This document shows, piece after piece, positions 8,306 through 18,630 of a stretch of 64,000 nt of DNA (the stretch's first letter is position 1; each line of letters opens with the position of its first letter). The notes below the pieces were generated by a model. That model was not told the origin of the DNA, did not search any database, and saw nothing but the letters and a program-made list of their open reading frames with translations. Origin of the DNA: Polyangiaceae bacterium (GTDB taxonomy: Bacteria > Myxococcota_A > Polyangia > Polyangiales > Polyangiaceae); contig JBILLK010000013.1 in NCBI GenBank assembly GCA_044376115.1, positions 128,001-192,000 of the forward strand. The letters run 5' to 3'. A program made the position numbers and the translations under genes.

Positions 8306-9577
8306 TCAGCGCTGCTTCTTCAGGGCCTCGAGGAAGACCCGCAACGCCGCAGCTCGTGCCCGGTGCTCCTCCGCTGATAGGTACGAACCCATTCGGCGCG
8401 CCTCGACCTTCTTCGCGGTCTCGTTCTCGCGCTTCGCTCGAGCGCTCACGAGCTTCGCGAGGTCACCAAACTCGCCGTGGCGCCGAGCGCGCGCAACCAC
8501 GGCACGGGCGGAGGCGAGCTCGCCCGATTCCGCGAGTGAGAGTACGGCCTCCACGTCGAAGGCGACGCCACGTTCGATGAGCTTCTCGACCAGCGCGGCC
8601 GGCAGCGACTCGGCGAACACGATCGGGGCATCCCCGAGCGCAACACCGGCCTCGAGCAGCGCCGCGACGACCCCATGCGCCTTGTGCGCCACAGCGAGCG
8701 ATAGCGCAGTAGCGGTGCCGGAGACGACGCCATCCACCGGGACCTTCGCGGCGAGCAGCGACTGGAGCAGCGAAACGTCATCCTTAGCCGTTGCGTGCGC
8801 CAGCGCCTTACGCGCTGCTCGCCACTGCAAGCGTGTCCCTTCGAAGGCTCGGGACACGACGGACCGCCAGTCGAACACCGAGGCCTCGATGATCGCGCGC
8901 AGCTTCAGCGCGAGCTCCGGGTGTTTCTCGGCTACGGCGTCGTGCGCCTCCGCCATCTGGATCCCGCGGAGGTTGCGGTTGGCCCCCTCCGCGAACGGGT
9001 TCTCGTCGAGAGAAAGGCCGTCAAACAGATCCTCGAGGCTGGGAGCGATGACGCTCGCGCTATCCTCGTTGAGCCGCATCTTCCACGCCGGCGGCAAGCC
9101 CCTCGCCCAGAGCACGACCTCACCGTTTCGCTCCGGGCGCAACGATACGTAGATACGTTCGAGGTATTCGAAGCCTCCGAACGGCAGCACGCTCAGCGCG
9201 TCTGGGGCAGGCTCCCCGTCCTCCTCAGCGGCTTCGGCGGCGAGCTCTCGCTCGTAGTCGATCCAGCCAAGCAAGTCGCGATACCCGTTGCTCTCGGGAT
9301 AGAAGAGTTCGGTGAAGCCGGCCGTGTAGCGATGCTCGTCGAACGAGACCTCCAGATCGTAGTTCAACTTCCCGCCGAACGCCGTGTCCCAAAGACCTCG
9401 CAGGCCAGGCGGGACGGGCGCCCCGACGCGACGCTCTACCTCCGCCAGCTGCTCCGCCGTGATCGGTGGTTGCGCCTTCAAGATCAGCTTTCCGCGGAAG
9501 AGAGCGAGCCCATGCTCGCGCAACGTCGCGCGTTCCTCGGGTGTCAACGACACGTCGGCGCGTCCCTTCAAGTCCAT
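8306..9577 (-). CDS. SMI1/KNR4 (SUKH)-family protein with ankyrin-like C-terminal repeats
   Basis: PPITAEQLAEVERRVGAPVPPGLRGLW, LPFGG, GEVVLW...IAPSLEDLF; later TALSLAV...VVAALLEAG ankyrin-like motif. Confidence 0.75.
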   Translation of the reverse strand: MDLKGRADVSLTPEERATLREHGLALFRGKLILKAQPPITAEQLAEVERRVGAPVPPGLRGLWDTAFGGKLNYDLEVSFDEHRYTAGFTELFYPESNGYRDLLGWIDYERELAAEAAEEDGEPAPDALSVLPFGGFEYLERIYVSLRPERNGEVVLWARGLPPAWKMRLNEDSASVIAPSLEDLFDGLSLDENPFAEGANRNLRGIQMAEAHDAVAEKHPELALKLRAIIEASVFDWRSVVSRAFEGTRLQWRAARKALAHATAKDDVSLLQSLLAAKVPVDGVVSGTATALSLAVAHKAHGVVAALLEAGVALGDAPIVFAESLPAALVEKLIERGVAFDVEAVLSLAESGELASARAVVARARRHGEFGDLAKLVSARAKRENETAKKVEARRMGSYLSAEEHRARAAALRVFLEALKKQR

Positions 9578-9587
9578 CATCCCAAGC

Positions 9588-10316
9588 CTACGGCTTCGAG
9601 TTCCCGCGGGCTCTCTCGATCTGATTGCCAACAGGAGCGCCAAGCCGCTCCGCCGTGCGCCAGTCCGCGCAGGCCTCTTGCTTGCGCCCCAAGAGTTCTC
9701 GCATGTCGGCTCGCCAGCCAAAGTAGTCACCATCGTCGGGGTGCTTCACGATCCCCGCGCTGAAGTCCGCTTCGGCCTCAGAAAAGCGACGGGTGCACGA
9801 CTCGCCGCGCGCGCACGCAAAGCCAAGGTACGCCTGGCAATAACCTCGGTTGTAGTGATCGTGCCGATAGCCTCCCCGCTCGATGACCGCCGTCATCTGC
9901 ACGATGCACTGCTCACAGTGGGCCAAATCCTCGGGCCGGCGTTGCGAGAGCGCTCCGGCCTGGTGTCGGGCGCGGCACACCTCGGCCTCGACCACAGCGC
10001 CCGCGTAGTGTGCTTCGACGCGGTCGGGAAAGCGCGTAAGGGCCTCGTCAGCGAGTGTTCGCGCCGCTACGAAGTCGCCACGCTTGACGAGTTCGCGCAG
10101 CCCAGCGAGCAGTGGGTCGGCGTCCAGAGCGGCCGCGTCCGGCTTTGTGGCCGCGGACAGATCGACCGCCCACCCCGAGGACGTGGGGGCAGGAGCGCTA
10201 GCAACCAGCCCGGCCGGCGCAGTCAGTGCAACGGGCGCGGCCGGCGCTTCGCGAGCAACCGGCGCAGGCTCCCGACAGGCCAGTAGAGCGATCGCGCTGA
10301 AGCTTGCAGCCTTCAT
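9588..10316 (-). CDS. TPR-repeat lipoprotein
   Basis: MKAASFSAIALLAC lipobox; YNRG, AEADFSAGI..P, EACADW..A..LG TPR-like helices. Confidence 0.75.
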   Translation of the reverse strand: MKAASFSAIALLACREPAPVAREAPAAPVALTAPAGLVASAPAPTSSGWAVDLSAATKPDAAALDADPLLAGLRELVKRGDFVAARTLADEALTRFPDRVEAHYAGAVVEAEVCRARHQAGALSQRRPEDLAHCEQCIVQMTAVIERGGYRHDHYNRGYCQAYLGFACARGESCTRRFSEAEADFSAGIVKHPDDGDYFGWRADMRELLGRKQEACADWRTAERLGAPVGNQIERARGNSKP

Positions 10317-10408
10317 GATGAAAGTCGCTCTATCTCGACCTCGGTGGGAACAGTAAGGGCAATCGGCGATCTGTTCGCCATGACGTGATATTGCCGTAGC
10401 ATCTCCCG

Positions 10409-10936
10409 ATGCGAACCCGTCTTCGAGCTCCAATCGTGGCGACCGTTTCGGTGTTGGGAATGAATGGAGCGGCCTGCGAGAGTTACCGCACCCAAAATCC
10501 GCCGCGCCCTGAGCCGGTACAAAACCCGCCGCCCGACGCTGCCACCACGAGCACGGCGATCCCGTCTGCTGCGTCCGCCGAGGTAGCGACCGATCCACCC
10601 GCGACGGCCACGAGCTCGAGCTCGGCGAAGCCGCCGCGCAAGACCTATTCGCGCCAGCTAAACGAACGCGATCCCAAGCGCGGACAGATCTTCAGCAGTG
10701 AGTCAGGGTGCTTCGTCTACGGCGATTGGCCCGACGGCAAACCTCGCGCTCCCGGCATGATGCCGGCCCGCATCTCGCTGCCATGTCCGCCCAGCATGAA
10801 GGACCCAGCCTGGGCAGCCTGCGCCGGTGGCACGCTCTCAGCCAACGAGCTGGGCAGCGAGTGTGAATGCTTCGTTGGAGGCAATCCACCGCCTCCGCCC
10901 CGCCTCGTCGATTGCCCCGCGAGCGCGAAAGAGTAG
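10409..10936 (+). CDS. Hypothetical Pro/Cys-rich lipoprotein
   Basis: Leader ending GAAC, Pro/Thr/Ser linker, Cys-rich C-terminus; TAGCAT box 6 nt before ATG. Confidence 0.7.
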   Translation: MRTRLRAPIVATVSVLGMNGAACESYRTQNPPRPEPVQNPPPDAATTSTAIPSAASAEVATDPPATATSSSSAKPPRKTYSRQLNERDPKRGQIFSSESGCFVYGDWPDGKPRAPGMMPARISLPCPPSMKDPAWAACAGGTLSANELGSECECFVGGNPPPPPRLVDCPASAKE

Positions 10937-10995
10937 CGACGCAGGTCGCGCCTGCGTCGCCCTCTACGTTACGCCGAAGGCGGACGCAGTGAACA

Positions 10996-11067
10996 GAATG
11001 ACTCGGGCCCTCTTCGACTAAAGCGGCCGCAGGCCCGATTGACCAGTTGACCTGGCACGAGTCATTC
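10996..11067. mobile_element. 72-bp MITE-like element (family C), copy 1
   Basis: Terminal inverted repeats GAATGACTCG(G/T)GCC...GGCACGAGTCATTC; same-length second copy at 58182-58253. Confidence 0.7.
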
Positions 11068-14000
11068 CGGTTGAGCGAGAGTGACCGTGAGCGCGGACCC
11101 GTTCATATTGAGCGGTACAGCGCGCTCGTTGATGCCCGTGCCCACGCGGTTCGGAGCGCTGCGGAACTCATCAATGACGTGGTAGTCGGAGGGGAAATTC
11201 TTGGAGAGCCACTGCTCACAGGACCTCGAAAAGTCGTCGAAGTATTGGTGCTTCACCGATAGATCGAGGCACGTCTTGAACGCGCCGCGCGCAGCCTGTC
11301 GGTCGCGTTCGCTCGCTCTGTCCAACTCGTCGTAGTACGCGCCGCGGATCTCTTCCCACAACAGATCGCCGTAGGGACTCGGGCCGTTCTGCTTCCATTC
11401 CTTCGGAATCGGAGCGGCGCGGAACTCAGCGACGAACTTGCCCTTCATCTGGCCAACTCGCGCGCCTGCAGCGATCACCCAGCGCGGAGGCGGGACCGGC
11501 TGAAGCCCGAGCACCTTTTGGTACTCCTTGTCAGCGGCTTCCACGGCCTCGCGCTTCTTCTCCTGCCACTCCTTGACCTTGGTGCCAACGAACCTCTTGA
11601 CCTCGTCCTTCTCGCCGCTGCCCTTGTACTCGGGGAAGGCGATGGTATCGACGATCGCTTTCTTCTCCTCGGCCGAGAAGAAGTAGGCCTCGCCAACCGC
11701 CTCGAGCGTCTTGCCCAGGCGGCGAAGCGCCTGCACCTCGCCCTCGCCTGCCGCTGCGGATAGCTCCTCGAGCTTCTTCACGGCAGCCGCAGGGTCCCGC
11801 CACAGGCCACGGACTTTGTCGTACTCCTGCCGCGCCTTCATCTTGTTGCCGTTCTTGTTGTAAGCGCGACCGAGCAACCCGTGCGCTTGGAGCTGAAGGT
11901 CCGCCGTCGCGTTCTTATCGATCTGTCCCATCGCGCCTGACAGGCGCTTCTCCGCGTTGCGCCAATCCTCACGGTCTACGTAGTGGGCGCCAATCGCGAA
12001 GGCAATTTGGGCAGCCTGTTGGGCGCGGTTTGAGAACTGCTTCTGGAACAGCTCGGAGTTCTTGATGGCCTCCTCCAGTTGCCCCAGGCCGAGGCGAAGC
12101 ACGACAGCGTCGCTAAGTGCTTGGGCAGCCTTTTCGTCTTTCGGAGATTCGCTGGCGAAACGTTCAAACCATGAGGCCGCTTCGTCGTAGACGGCGATAG
12201 CTTGGTAGTTCGCGCCGATCTCCCATACCGCCCGTTTGGCGAGGTCGGTAGTGTGCAGGTTGTACTTGGGATTGATGAGCAGCTTGCGGACGGCGATGGC
12301 CTTCGCCACCAAGCGAGCCGCCTGGAAGGCTTTGGCAGCGTTGTAGAGCACCTCATCGTTGCGCGCACACGCCTCCTTCTGACCGCCTTCGCACGGCTCT
12401 TTGCCGTACTTCTCCCAGATGTCGAGGTAGAGCTGTGCGCCGGTGCGGAAGAGCTCGAGGTCATTCGTCTCGGCTGCCTTCGCGACCGTACGCTCGGCGC
12501 CGGCGCGCTCGACGTCGCGCTGGATTCGCAACAGGGTTCCGCACTGCTCTTCGTTCTCGGCCTTCTTCGTGCCATCGCAGTAGAGCTTGATGAACTCGGG
12601 CACGTCGTTGCCCATATCAGCGACGCAACTCGAACGAGGTGGAGAGGAGTGCGTACCAACGATGTTGAGCGACTCCAGATAAAGCTGCGCTGCGTGGATG
12701 CCGACCTCGTGGTCGGGATGGTTCATCGCGATGTCGCGGAAGCCGAGCGCTGCCTCCTCCCAATGACGAGCCTCGAAGTAGGTTCGCGCGCGGGCGAACT
12801 TCACCTCAATGAACTGATTGAACGCATCCTTGTTGCTCGTGTCCGGCTGGATGTAGCAAACGTAGCGATTGAAGGCCGTGATCATACTCTTCTGGTCGGC
12901 CGTAAACTCCTTCGCTTTAAACCTTTCATTGTCTGCGGGCCTCGCTGGCAGCTCGGAGCCGGGGAGATTGCCGGTCCCCTGGCGGTCTTCGCCCGCCTTG
13001 TGCCGCTCGCGGTAGAGGTTCTCGTAACAAATCAGCTCGGCAAATGCGGCCTCCGCTGCGCGATCGCCCTTCGGGTCTTCGGCAACGACGGAGCCGAAGG
13101 CTGGCCCGCACTTCGCCCAGTCCTTCTGGAAGTAGAGCAAGTCGGCCATGGCGTACTTGATCTTGATGATGTCCGGCCAATCCTCTTTCACGATGCGCGG
13201 GAAGCGGAACTCGCGGAAGTCAGCCTGCGTGAAGGTGCTCACGATTTGCTGGTAGAGGTTCGCCGCAGCCTTCATCGTCTCGGGGTCACTCGTTCCGCGA
13301 ACGCCGCCTGAACCAACGGCCTCGAGGTGCCAAGCCATTGCCGTTTCGGAGGCGATCTCCGCGGTGATGTTGCCGCATTTGAGCTTGGCCTCGGCTGAGG
13401 CTGCCCCAGCCGTGAACTCCTTGTGAACCGCAAACTGCTTGCTGATGACCTTGACAATCGACTCCTTGTCGCCGCCCTTCTTCGCCAGCGTCGCCTCGGT
13501 GATGTGCCCGTGGTACTCGCACCATTGGGGGCCTTTGTCTCGGCTCATGAGCTCGCTGTAGAGCGCAATGCCCTCATCGTAGTGGCCGGTATCGAGGTAG
13601 CTCATACCGAGCTCGTCCATCATCTTGAAGGTCTTGTCGTTCTCGCCGCCAGCGTCTCCGGATAGCGGCTTCATAAAGTTGTAGGCCTTCTTGGGATCAC
13701 CCCACAGCGCGTAAACAGGAATCACGTCGCGCCGCGCCGAGGTCGCCAACTGACTGGCGTTCGGCAGATGGGAGAACTTTGTGCCGTAATCAATGACTTT
13801 CTTGAACGCGTCGATCGACTTCTCGTATTCGCCCTGGTTCCAGGAGACGTAGCCCAGCTTATAGAGCGCATATCCGTAAACCTTATTCTCCGGCGGCGGC
13901 GCGCTAATGACTTGTGTGTAAGCGGCCTCCGCTGCAGCCCAAACGCTCGGGTCGCTTTGGGCCTCCTGGAAGTAGAGCTCACCGAAAGCCAAGTAAGCGT

Positions 14001-14778
14001 TCGGCCGGTACTTAGAGGTCTTCCAGTCGTTGACGAGCTCGTAATAGACCTCGCGAGCCTTCACGAGGTCCTTCGACTGCTCGTACTCGTATGCGAGATA
14101 GTAGAGGACCTCATCACCGCAACCCGTGCTCTTGGCGGGATCTTGGGCGTTGGGCGTTTGGCACCACTTCGGGTATTGGTCCTTGAGCTGCGTGTAATAC
14201 TTAATCGCGCTCTTACGTGCAGTAGTCACTACCTGCTTGGATTTGGCGGCGGCCTCGCTAGCTGCCTTCGCCGAGGTGCTGTCCTTCTTGCGATTGGCAT
14301 CCTGCAGCAAAATGTCGTTCTCGGTGGCTTCGCGGATGGCCGCTGCCTCCAGCTCGACGTAGGCCTCGGCTAAGCGGCGCATCAGCTTCGGCCGATCGGC
14401 CGCGCCCTTCTTGGTATCCGCGTAAAGCGTTTCGAGTTGTTGAAGCTCCATAACCAGCAGTTGCAGCGTCTTCTTCTGCATCTTCGCCTGACGCTCATCG
14501 CGTTGAGCGGCCGCGGCGAGATCCGTCGGATTCGTCGGCTTGGTCGGATCGCGCTTCTTGAGACTGGGCGTAGGAGGAGCGCTTGAGAAGCTAACGTCGG
14601 CCTTCTTTGTAACAGACGCTCTCACCATCCCTTGCGGACACTCCGAGATCGCCTGTTTCGCCGCTGCGGAGATGCACTCCTGCGCATCGACGTCACCTAA
14701 TGCGAGCCCTGAAGCCAAAACGGCGCACGTAGCCGCCGCCAACCGAAGAGCTCTCGCTCGTAATCGTTGGTTCATCAT
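11062..14778 (-). CDS. Large secreted TPR protein, AgmU/GltD-like (gliding-motility complex family)
   Basis: 1238 aa, signal peptide, clusters of TPR motifs (AYLAFGELYF, ALYKLGYV, VLYNAAKAF); size and architecture recall myxobacterial AgmU/GltD; orthology not tested. Confidence 0.7.
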   Translation of the reverse strand: MMNQRLRARALRLAAATCAVLASGLALGDVDAQECISAAAKQAISECPQGMVRASVTKKADVSFSSAPPTPSLKKRDPTKPTNPTDLAAAAQRDERQAKMQKKTLQLLVMELQQLETLYADTKKGAADRPKLMRRLAEAYVELEAAAIREATENDILLQDANRKKDSTSAKAASEAAAKSKQVVTTARKSAIKYYTQLKDQYPKWCQTPNAQDPAKSTGCGDEVLYYLAYEYEQSKDLVKAREVYYELVNDWKTSKYRPNAYLAFGELYFQEAQSDPSVWAAAEAAYTQVISAPPPENKVYGYALYKLGYVSWNQGEYEKSIDAFKKVIDYGTKFSHLPNASQLATSARRDVIPVYALWGDPKKAYNFMKPLSGDAGGENDKTFKMMDELGMSYLDTGHYDEGIALYSELMSRDKGPQWCEYHGHITEATLAKKGGDKESIVKVISKQFAVHKEFTAGAASAEAKLKCGNITAEIASETAMAWHLEAVGSGGVRGTSDPETMKAAANLYQQIVSTFTQADFREFRFPRIVKEDWPDIIKIKYAMADLLYFQKDWAKCGPAFGSVVAEDPKGDRAAEAAFAELICYENLYRERHKAGEDRQGTGNLPGSELPARPADNERFKAKEFTADQKSMITAFNRYVCYIQPDTSNKDAFNQFIEVKFARARTYFEARHWEEAALGFRDIAMNHPDHEVGIHAAQLYLESLNIVGTHSSPPRSSCVADMGNDVPEFIKLYCDGTKKAENEEQCGTLLRIQRDVERAGAERTVAKAAETNDLELFRTGAQLYLDIWEKYGKEPCEGGQKEACARNDEVLYNAAKAFQAARLVAKAIAVRKLLINPKYNLHTTDLAKRAVWEIGANYQAIAVYDEAASWFERFASESPKDEKAAQALSDAVVLRLGLGQLEEAIKNSELFQKQFSNRAQQAAQIAFAIGAHYVDREDWRNAEKRLSGAMGQIDKNATADLQLQAHGLLGRAYNKNGNKMKARQEYDKVRGLWRDPAAAVKKLEELSAAAGEGEVQALRRLGKTLEAVGEAYFFSAEEKKAIVDTIAFPEYKGSGEKDEVKRFVGTKVKEWQEKKREAVEAADKEYQKVLGLQPVPPPRWVIAAGARVGQMKGKFVAEFRAAPIPKEWKQNGPSPYGDLLWEEIRGAYYDELDRASERDRQAARGAFKTCLDLSVKHQYFDDFSRSCEQWLSKNFPSDYHVIDEFRSAPNRVGTGINERAVPLNMNGSALTVTLAQPE

Positions 14779-14877
14779 CGTCTCCGCACGTCAGACGCTC
14801 AGCGGGCGTCAGCTTTGGGTCGGTTGGCGATGTTCGATGAGATTGCCGTTCGCTGCTAACCGCGTCGTCGGTGCGGC

Positions 14878-15201
14878 TCACCCCCTTCCTCTGCGGAGCC
14901 TCCCTGTGAGGAGCTCGAAGGTGAGGACGTGGTTGGCGAGGATGAACCACACGATGGGATAGTCGGTGCGGGTCACCCGGAGATCGCCAACGGCCGCGTT
15001 TCGCTCGACGAGGCGGTGGCCCAAGATGCCAGGCAAGCCGTGGACCACCGGGAACAACACGACGAGAAACCACACGCCCCACGCGACCATCATCGCGACG
15101 AAGGCAAGCGCCAACACGGTGCCGAACACGTGGGTCGCTACGGTGAAGGGGTGCTGATGCTCCCTCGTGAAAGGCCCTTCGTAGAACTGCCAAAACGACA
15201 T
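14878..15201 (-). CDS. DUF962/Mpo1-like small membrane protein
   Basis: F.REHQHP..VATHVFGT and GHRLVERN motifs; GGAGGT RBS before ATG 15201. Confidence 0.8.
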   Translation of the reverse strand: MSFWQFYEGPFTREHQHPFTVATHVFGTVLALAFVAMMVAWGVWFLVVLFPVVHGLPGILGHRLVERNAAVGDLRVTRTDYPIVWFILANHVLTFELLTGRLRRGRG

Positions 15202-15398
15202 GAGTACCTCCACGGAGACGGTGCCACGGTCCACCCTCGTGCAGCGTTGCGTGCTCGATCAGGACGCTTTGTCGTCAGCGACAACCGAGCTGCGATGCGA
15301 CGCTGTTCGGGGCTCGCCTCGGGACTCAACCGTAGCCTACGAGCGCTGCCGACGAGCTTGGTATCGTTGTCGCACACCGCATCGCTTGGTAGTCTCCA

Positions 15399-16346
15399 TT
15401 GTCGGTGACGACAATCCGCGACCTCAACCTCTTGCACGCTCTCGACGCACTCCTTCAGGAAGAGAGCGTCACGGCCGCCGCGCGCCGGGCCCATCTCACG
15501 ACGCCAGCGATGAGCCGCGCCCTCGGTCGCCTCCGCGATGCCCTCGCCGACCCGCTGCTCGTGCGCGCCGGGAGAGGCATGGTGCTCACTCCCTACGCGG
15601 TCTCCCTCCGCGAGCGCGTTCACGCGGCGCGCTCCGAGGCCAACGGCCTGCTCGGCCCAGCGACCCACGCCGCGATTAACGAGGTCGAGCGCACGCTCGT
15701 CATTCGCGCCAGCGACGCCGTCGCGGGGCTCCTCGCGGCGCCCCTCCACGCTCGGCTCGCGGTGGAGGCGCCGAGGCTGACGGTGCGTTTCGCTCCAGAG
15801 GGGGAAGAAGATGCGGCGGCTCTGCGTGACGGCCGCGTCGATCTCGATGTCGGCGTCGTCGATCTCGCCGAGCCCGAGCTCCGCACCCGCGTGCTCTTTC
15901 GCGACGCTTTCACCTTCATGGTCCGCCGGGGCCACCCGCTCGAGCGGGGCAAGCTCACCGCTCAACGGCTCGCCGCCGCGGCCCACGTCGTCGTAACCCG
16001 CAAAGGGCGCGCGCGCGGGCCGATCGATCGCGCGCTCGACGACCTCGGTCTGCAACGTCACGTCGCGGCCATCGTCCCGACGTTCTTCGCCGCCTTGTTC
16101 GCCGCGGCACGCTCCGACCTCGTCGCGGCGGTGCCTCGTTCCGTCGCAACGGAGGCCGCGACCGTCCTCCCGCTCCGCGCGCTCCGCGCTCCGCTGGAGC
16201 TCCCGCCCATCAGCGTGTCGCTGCTCTGGCACCCTCGTCACGACCACGACCCCGCGCACCGTTGGCTGCGCGAGCGCGTGCTCGACGTGGGGCTCACGTT
16301 GCAGACAGCCAGAAAGAATGTCGATAGGCCCGAGATAGCAGGCTAG
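15399..16346 (+). CDS. LysR-family transcriptional regulator
   Basis: DLNLLHALDALLQEESVTAAARRAHLTTPAMSRALGRLR HTH; WH...DPAHRWLR tail. Confidence 0.95.
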   Translation: MSVTTIRDLNLLHALDALLQEESVTAAARRAHLTTPAMSRALGRLRDALADPLLVRAGRGMVLTPYAVSLRERVHAARSEANGLLGPATHAAINEVERTLVIRASDAVAGLLAAPLHARLAVEAPRLTVRFAPEGEEDAAALRDGRVDLDVGVVDLAEPELRTRVLFRDAFTFMVRRGHPLERGKLTAQRLAAAAHVVVTRKGRARGPIDRALDDLGLQRHVAAIVPTFFAALFAAARSDLVAAVPRSVATEAATVLPLRALRAPLELPPISVSLLWHPRHDHDPAHRWLRERVLDVGLTLQTARKNVDRPEIAG

Positions 16347-16390
16347 CGATTCGTTCGCGAAAGTGCGGTCTCGTGCGTTACCCTGGGCCT

Positions 16391-17689
16391 GTGCACGCTC
16401 CGGGGATGCTTGTCACGCCCAACGTTCGCCTTACGCGACCGCTCCAGCAAGGCGGCATGGGCGAGGTGTGGCTCGCGGAGCACCTCGGGCTACGGACCAA
16501 CGTCGTCGTCAAGTTCTTGGGCCCCGGGATCGCGCGTGACTCGCAAGGGCTCGCGCGCTTTCAGCGCGAAGCTGCGGCCGCGTCGCAGGTGAAGAGCCCG
16601 CACGTCGTTCAGACGTTCGACTTCGGGGTGACGCAGTCGGGGGAGGCCTACATCGTGATGGAGCATCTCGAGGGGATGGACCTCTCAACCATGCTCAAGG
16701 GTCGCGCCCTCCCGCTGGAGGAGGTAGCCAAGATCGTCCGAGGCGTCGCACGCGCACTCCAGAAAGCCCACGAACGCGGGATCGTTCATCGGGACATCAA
16801 GCCTTCCAACGTCTTTCTTTGTGATGCGGGCGGAGGTGAGCCGTTCGTCAAGCTGCTCGACTTCGGGATCGCCAAAGGGTTGGATGAAGACAATCCGTTG
16901 ACCCGGACGGGAGACGTCGTCGGAACACCTTCCTATATGAGCCCCGAACAGCTCAACGGCGAGCGAGACATCGACCATCGCTCGGATCTTTGGTCACTCG
17001 GGGTATTGGCCTATCGCGCGGCGGTTGGTTCTGCGCCGTTTCGCGGCGACAGCGTTGCGGTCATCGCGGTTGCCGTGGTCTCGGCTCCGATCCCCGTGCC
17101 TTCGCAGCAACGTCCAGGGCTCCCACCAGCGTTCGACCAGTGGTTCGCGAGGACGTGTTCACGCGATCGGGCGCAACGCTGGCCCTCTGCCTCGGCGCTT
17201 TCGGACGCGCTTTGGTTCGCCGCCACGGGTCAAATCCCACCCGCCCAGGCCTCCTGGTCAGGCGGCATGCCGGCCTTCTCGCCGGCATTGGCTGCGGAGC
17301 AGACGGGGCGGAGCCGTGGGACCTCCGTCGTTAGCATCCACGGTGAAAAACCGCGCGCGGGAGTGCGACCGCTCACCGTGGCACTAGCCGGTGCTGGCTT
17401 GCTTGGGAGCCTGACGTTGGCCTTTGCCTACGGTCGAAGTACCAGCACCACACCGCAGACGCCGGTGCTGCTCGCCAAGACCACGGTTGAAGAAGCGCCC
17501 GAGTTGCCCCCCGCCGTCTCACAAGCTCCAATGCCTTCCGCATCGGCGCCGCCCTCCGCCACACCAGCGTTGCCAGCCGTCGAAAGCACGCTGGCCATTC
17601 AAAGCGCAGCTCCCCCAACGACAGCGCCGCCCCGACCCAAGACGACGGTGCGCGCGCCCCGCCCAAACCCCGACGATCTAGGATTTTGA
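16391..17689 (+). CDS. Hanks-type Ser/Thr protein kinase with TM segment and Pro-rich tail
   Basis: GGMGEVW, VVVK, HRDIKPSN, DFG, GTPSYMSPEQ, DLWSLG; start placed at GTG 16391. Confidence 0.95.
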   Translation: MHAPGMLVTPNVRLTRPLQQGGMGEVWLAEHLGLRTNVVVKFLGPGIARDSQGLARFQREAAAASQVKSPHVVQTFDFGVTQSGEAYIVMEHLEGMDLSTMLKGRALPLEEVAKIVRGVARALQKAHERGIVHRDIKPSNVFLCDAGGGEPFVKLLDFGIAKGLDEDNPLTRTGDVVGTPSYMSPEQLNGERDIDHRSDLWSLGVLAYRAAVGSAPFRGDSVAVIAVAVVSAPIPVPSQQRPGLPPAFDQWFARTCSRDRAQRWPSASALSDALWFAATGQIPPAQASWSGGMPAFSPALAAEQTGRSRGTSVVSIHGEKPRAGVRPLTVALAGAGLLGSLTLAFAYGRSTSTTPQTPVLLAKTTVEEAPELPPAVSQAPMPSASAPPSATPALPAVESTLAIQSAAPPTTAPPRPKTTVRAPRPNPDDLGF

Positions 17690-18630
17690 TGCGCGGCATT
17701 CGGGCAGCATTGACCGTGATTTTCCTAAGCGTCTCTTTGCTGAGTGCCAGCGACGTACTGGCGCAGTCCCCACCCACAGCGGCGCAGAAAGAAAGCGCGA
17801 GGAGCCTCGTCCTCTCGGGTCGCAAGTATCGAGAGCAGGGCAAGAAGCAAGCCGCGCTAGACGATTTCTCGGCGGCCTGGGCGCTCGTCAAGAACGCGAC
17901 CACCGGGCACGAGCTGGGCAAGCAACAGTCTGAGATGGGCCTGCTGGTAGAGGCCCGCGACACGCTGCTCGAGGTCGGGCGGCTGCCGGTGGAGAGCCCG
18001 GAGAACAGTGCTCTCGCGAAGGCGCGCAGCGACGCGAAGAGCCTGGCCGACTCGCTGGCCACCTCGATTCCCACGCTCAAGATCGTCATCCAAGGTGCGG
18101 ACCAGCGACTCTCGGTCGAAGTCCTGCTCGACGACCACAGCGTGAGCTCCGAGCTCCTGGCGACACCACTCAAGGTGAACCCAGGAACCCATCGGGTGGT
18201 CGTGCGACAGGGAGCGCGCTCCAAAGTCGTGGAGACGCTGATCGCTCGCGCGGAGGAGAAGGAGCTGAGAGTCGTGCTCCCCGAGGCTGAGAGCGTTGGG
18301 ACCCATGGCGTTCATTGGCTCACCTGGACCGGGCTCTCCTTGGTCGTGGGCGGCGGCGTGGCGGGAGGCGTCACAGGCGCGCTCGCGCTCGACCGAGCCA
18401 ACGAGGTGGCTGCTGGATGCCCGGCCGGTCAATGTCCGCCAGCGCTCCACGACACGCTGGACAGCGCCAACGCGCTCGCGATTGGATCGACCGTCAGCTT
18501 CGCCGTCGGCGGAGCTGGACTCGCTGCGATGGTCGTCGGTTTGTTCCTCCCCACGAGTCAGAACTCGAGCCAGGACGTCACCTTTCGCGTCGGTCCTAGC
18601 TGGGTTGGTGTTCAATGGAGCGTCCAATGA
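17689..18630 (+). CDS. TPR/PEGA-like domain membrane protein (kinase-associated)
   Basis: Signal peptide, helical region, VNPGTHRVVV PEGA-like segment, C-terminal hydrophobic segments; overlaps kinase stop. Confidence 0.8.
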   Translation: MRGIRAALTVIFLSVSLLSASDVLAQSPPTAAQKESARSLVLSGRKYREQGKKQAALDDFSAAWALVKNATTGHELGKQQSEMGLLVEARDTLLEVGRLPVESPENSALAKARSDAKSLADSLATSIPTLKIVIQGADQRLSVEVLLDDHSVSSELLATPLKVNPGTHRVVVRQGARSKVVETLIARAEEKELRVVLPEAESVGTHGVHWLTWTGLSLVVGGGVAGGVTGALALDRANEVAAGCPAGQCPPALHDTLDSANALAIGSTVSFAVGGAGLAAMVVGLFLPTSQNSSQDVTFRVGPSWVGVQWSVQ

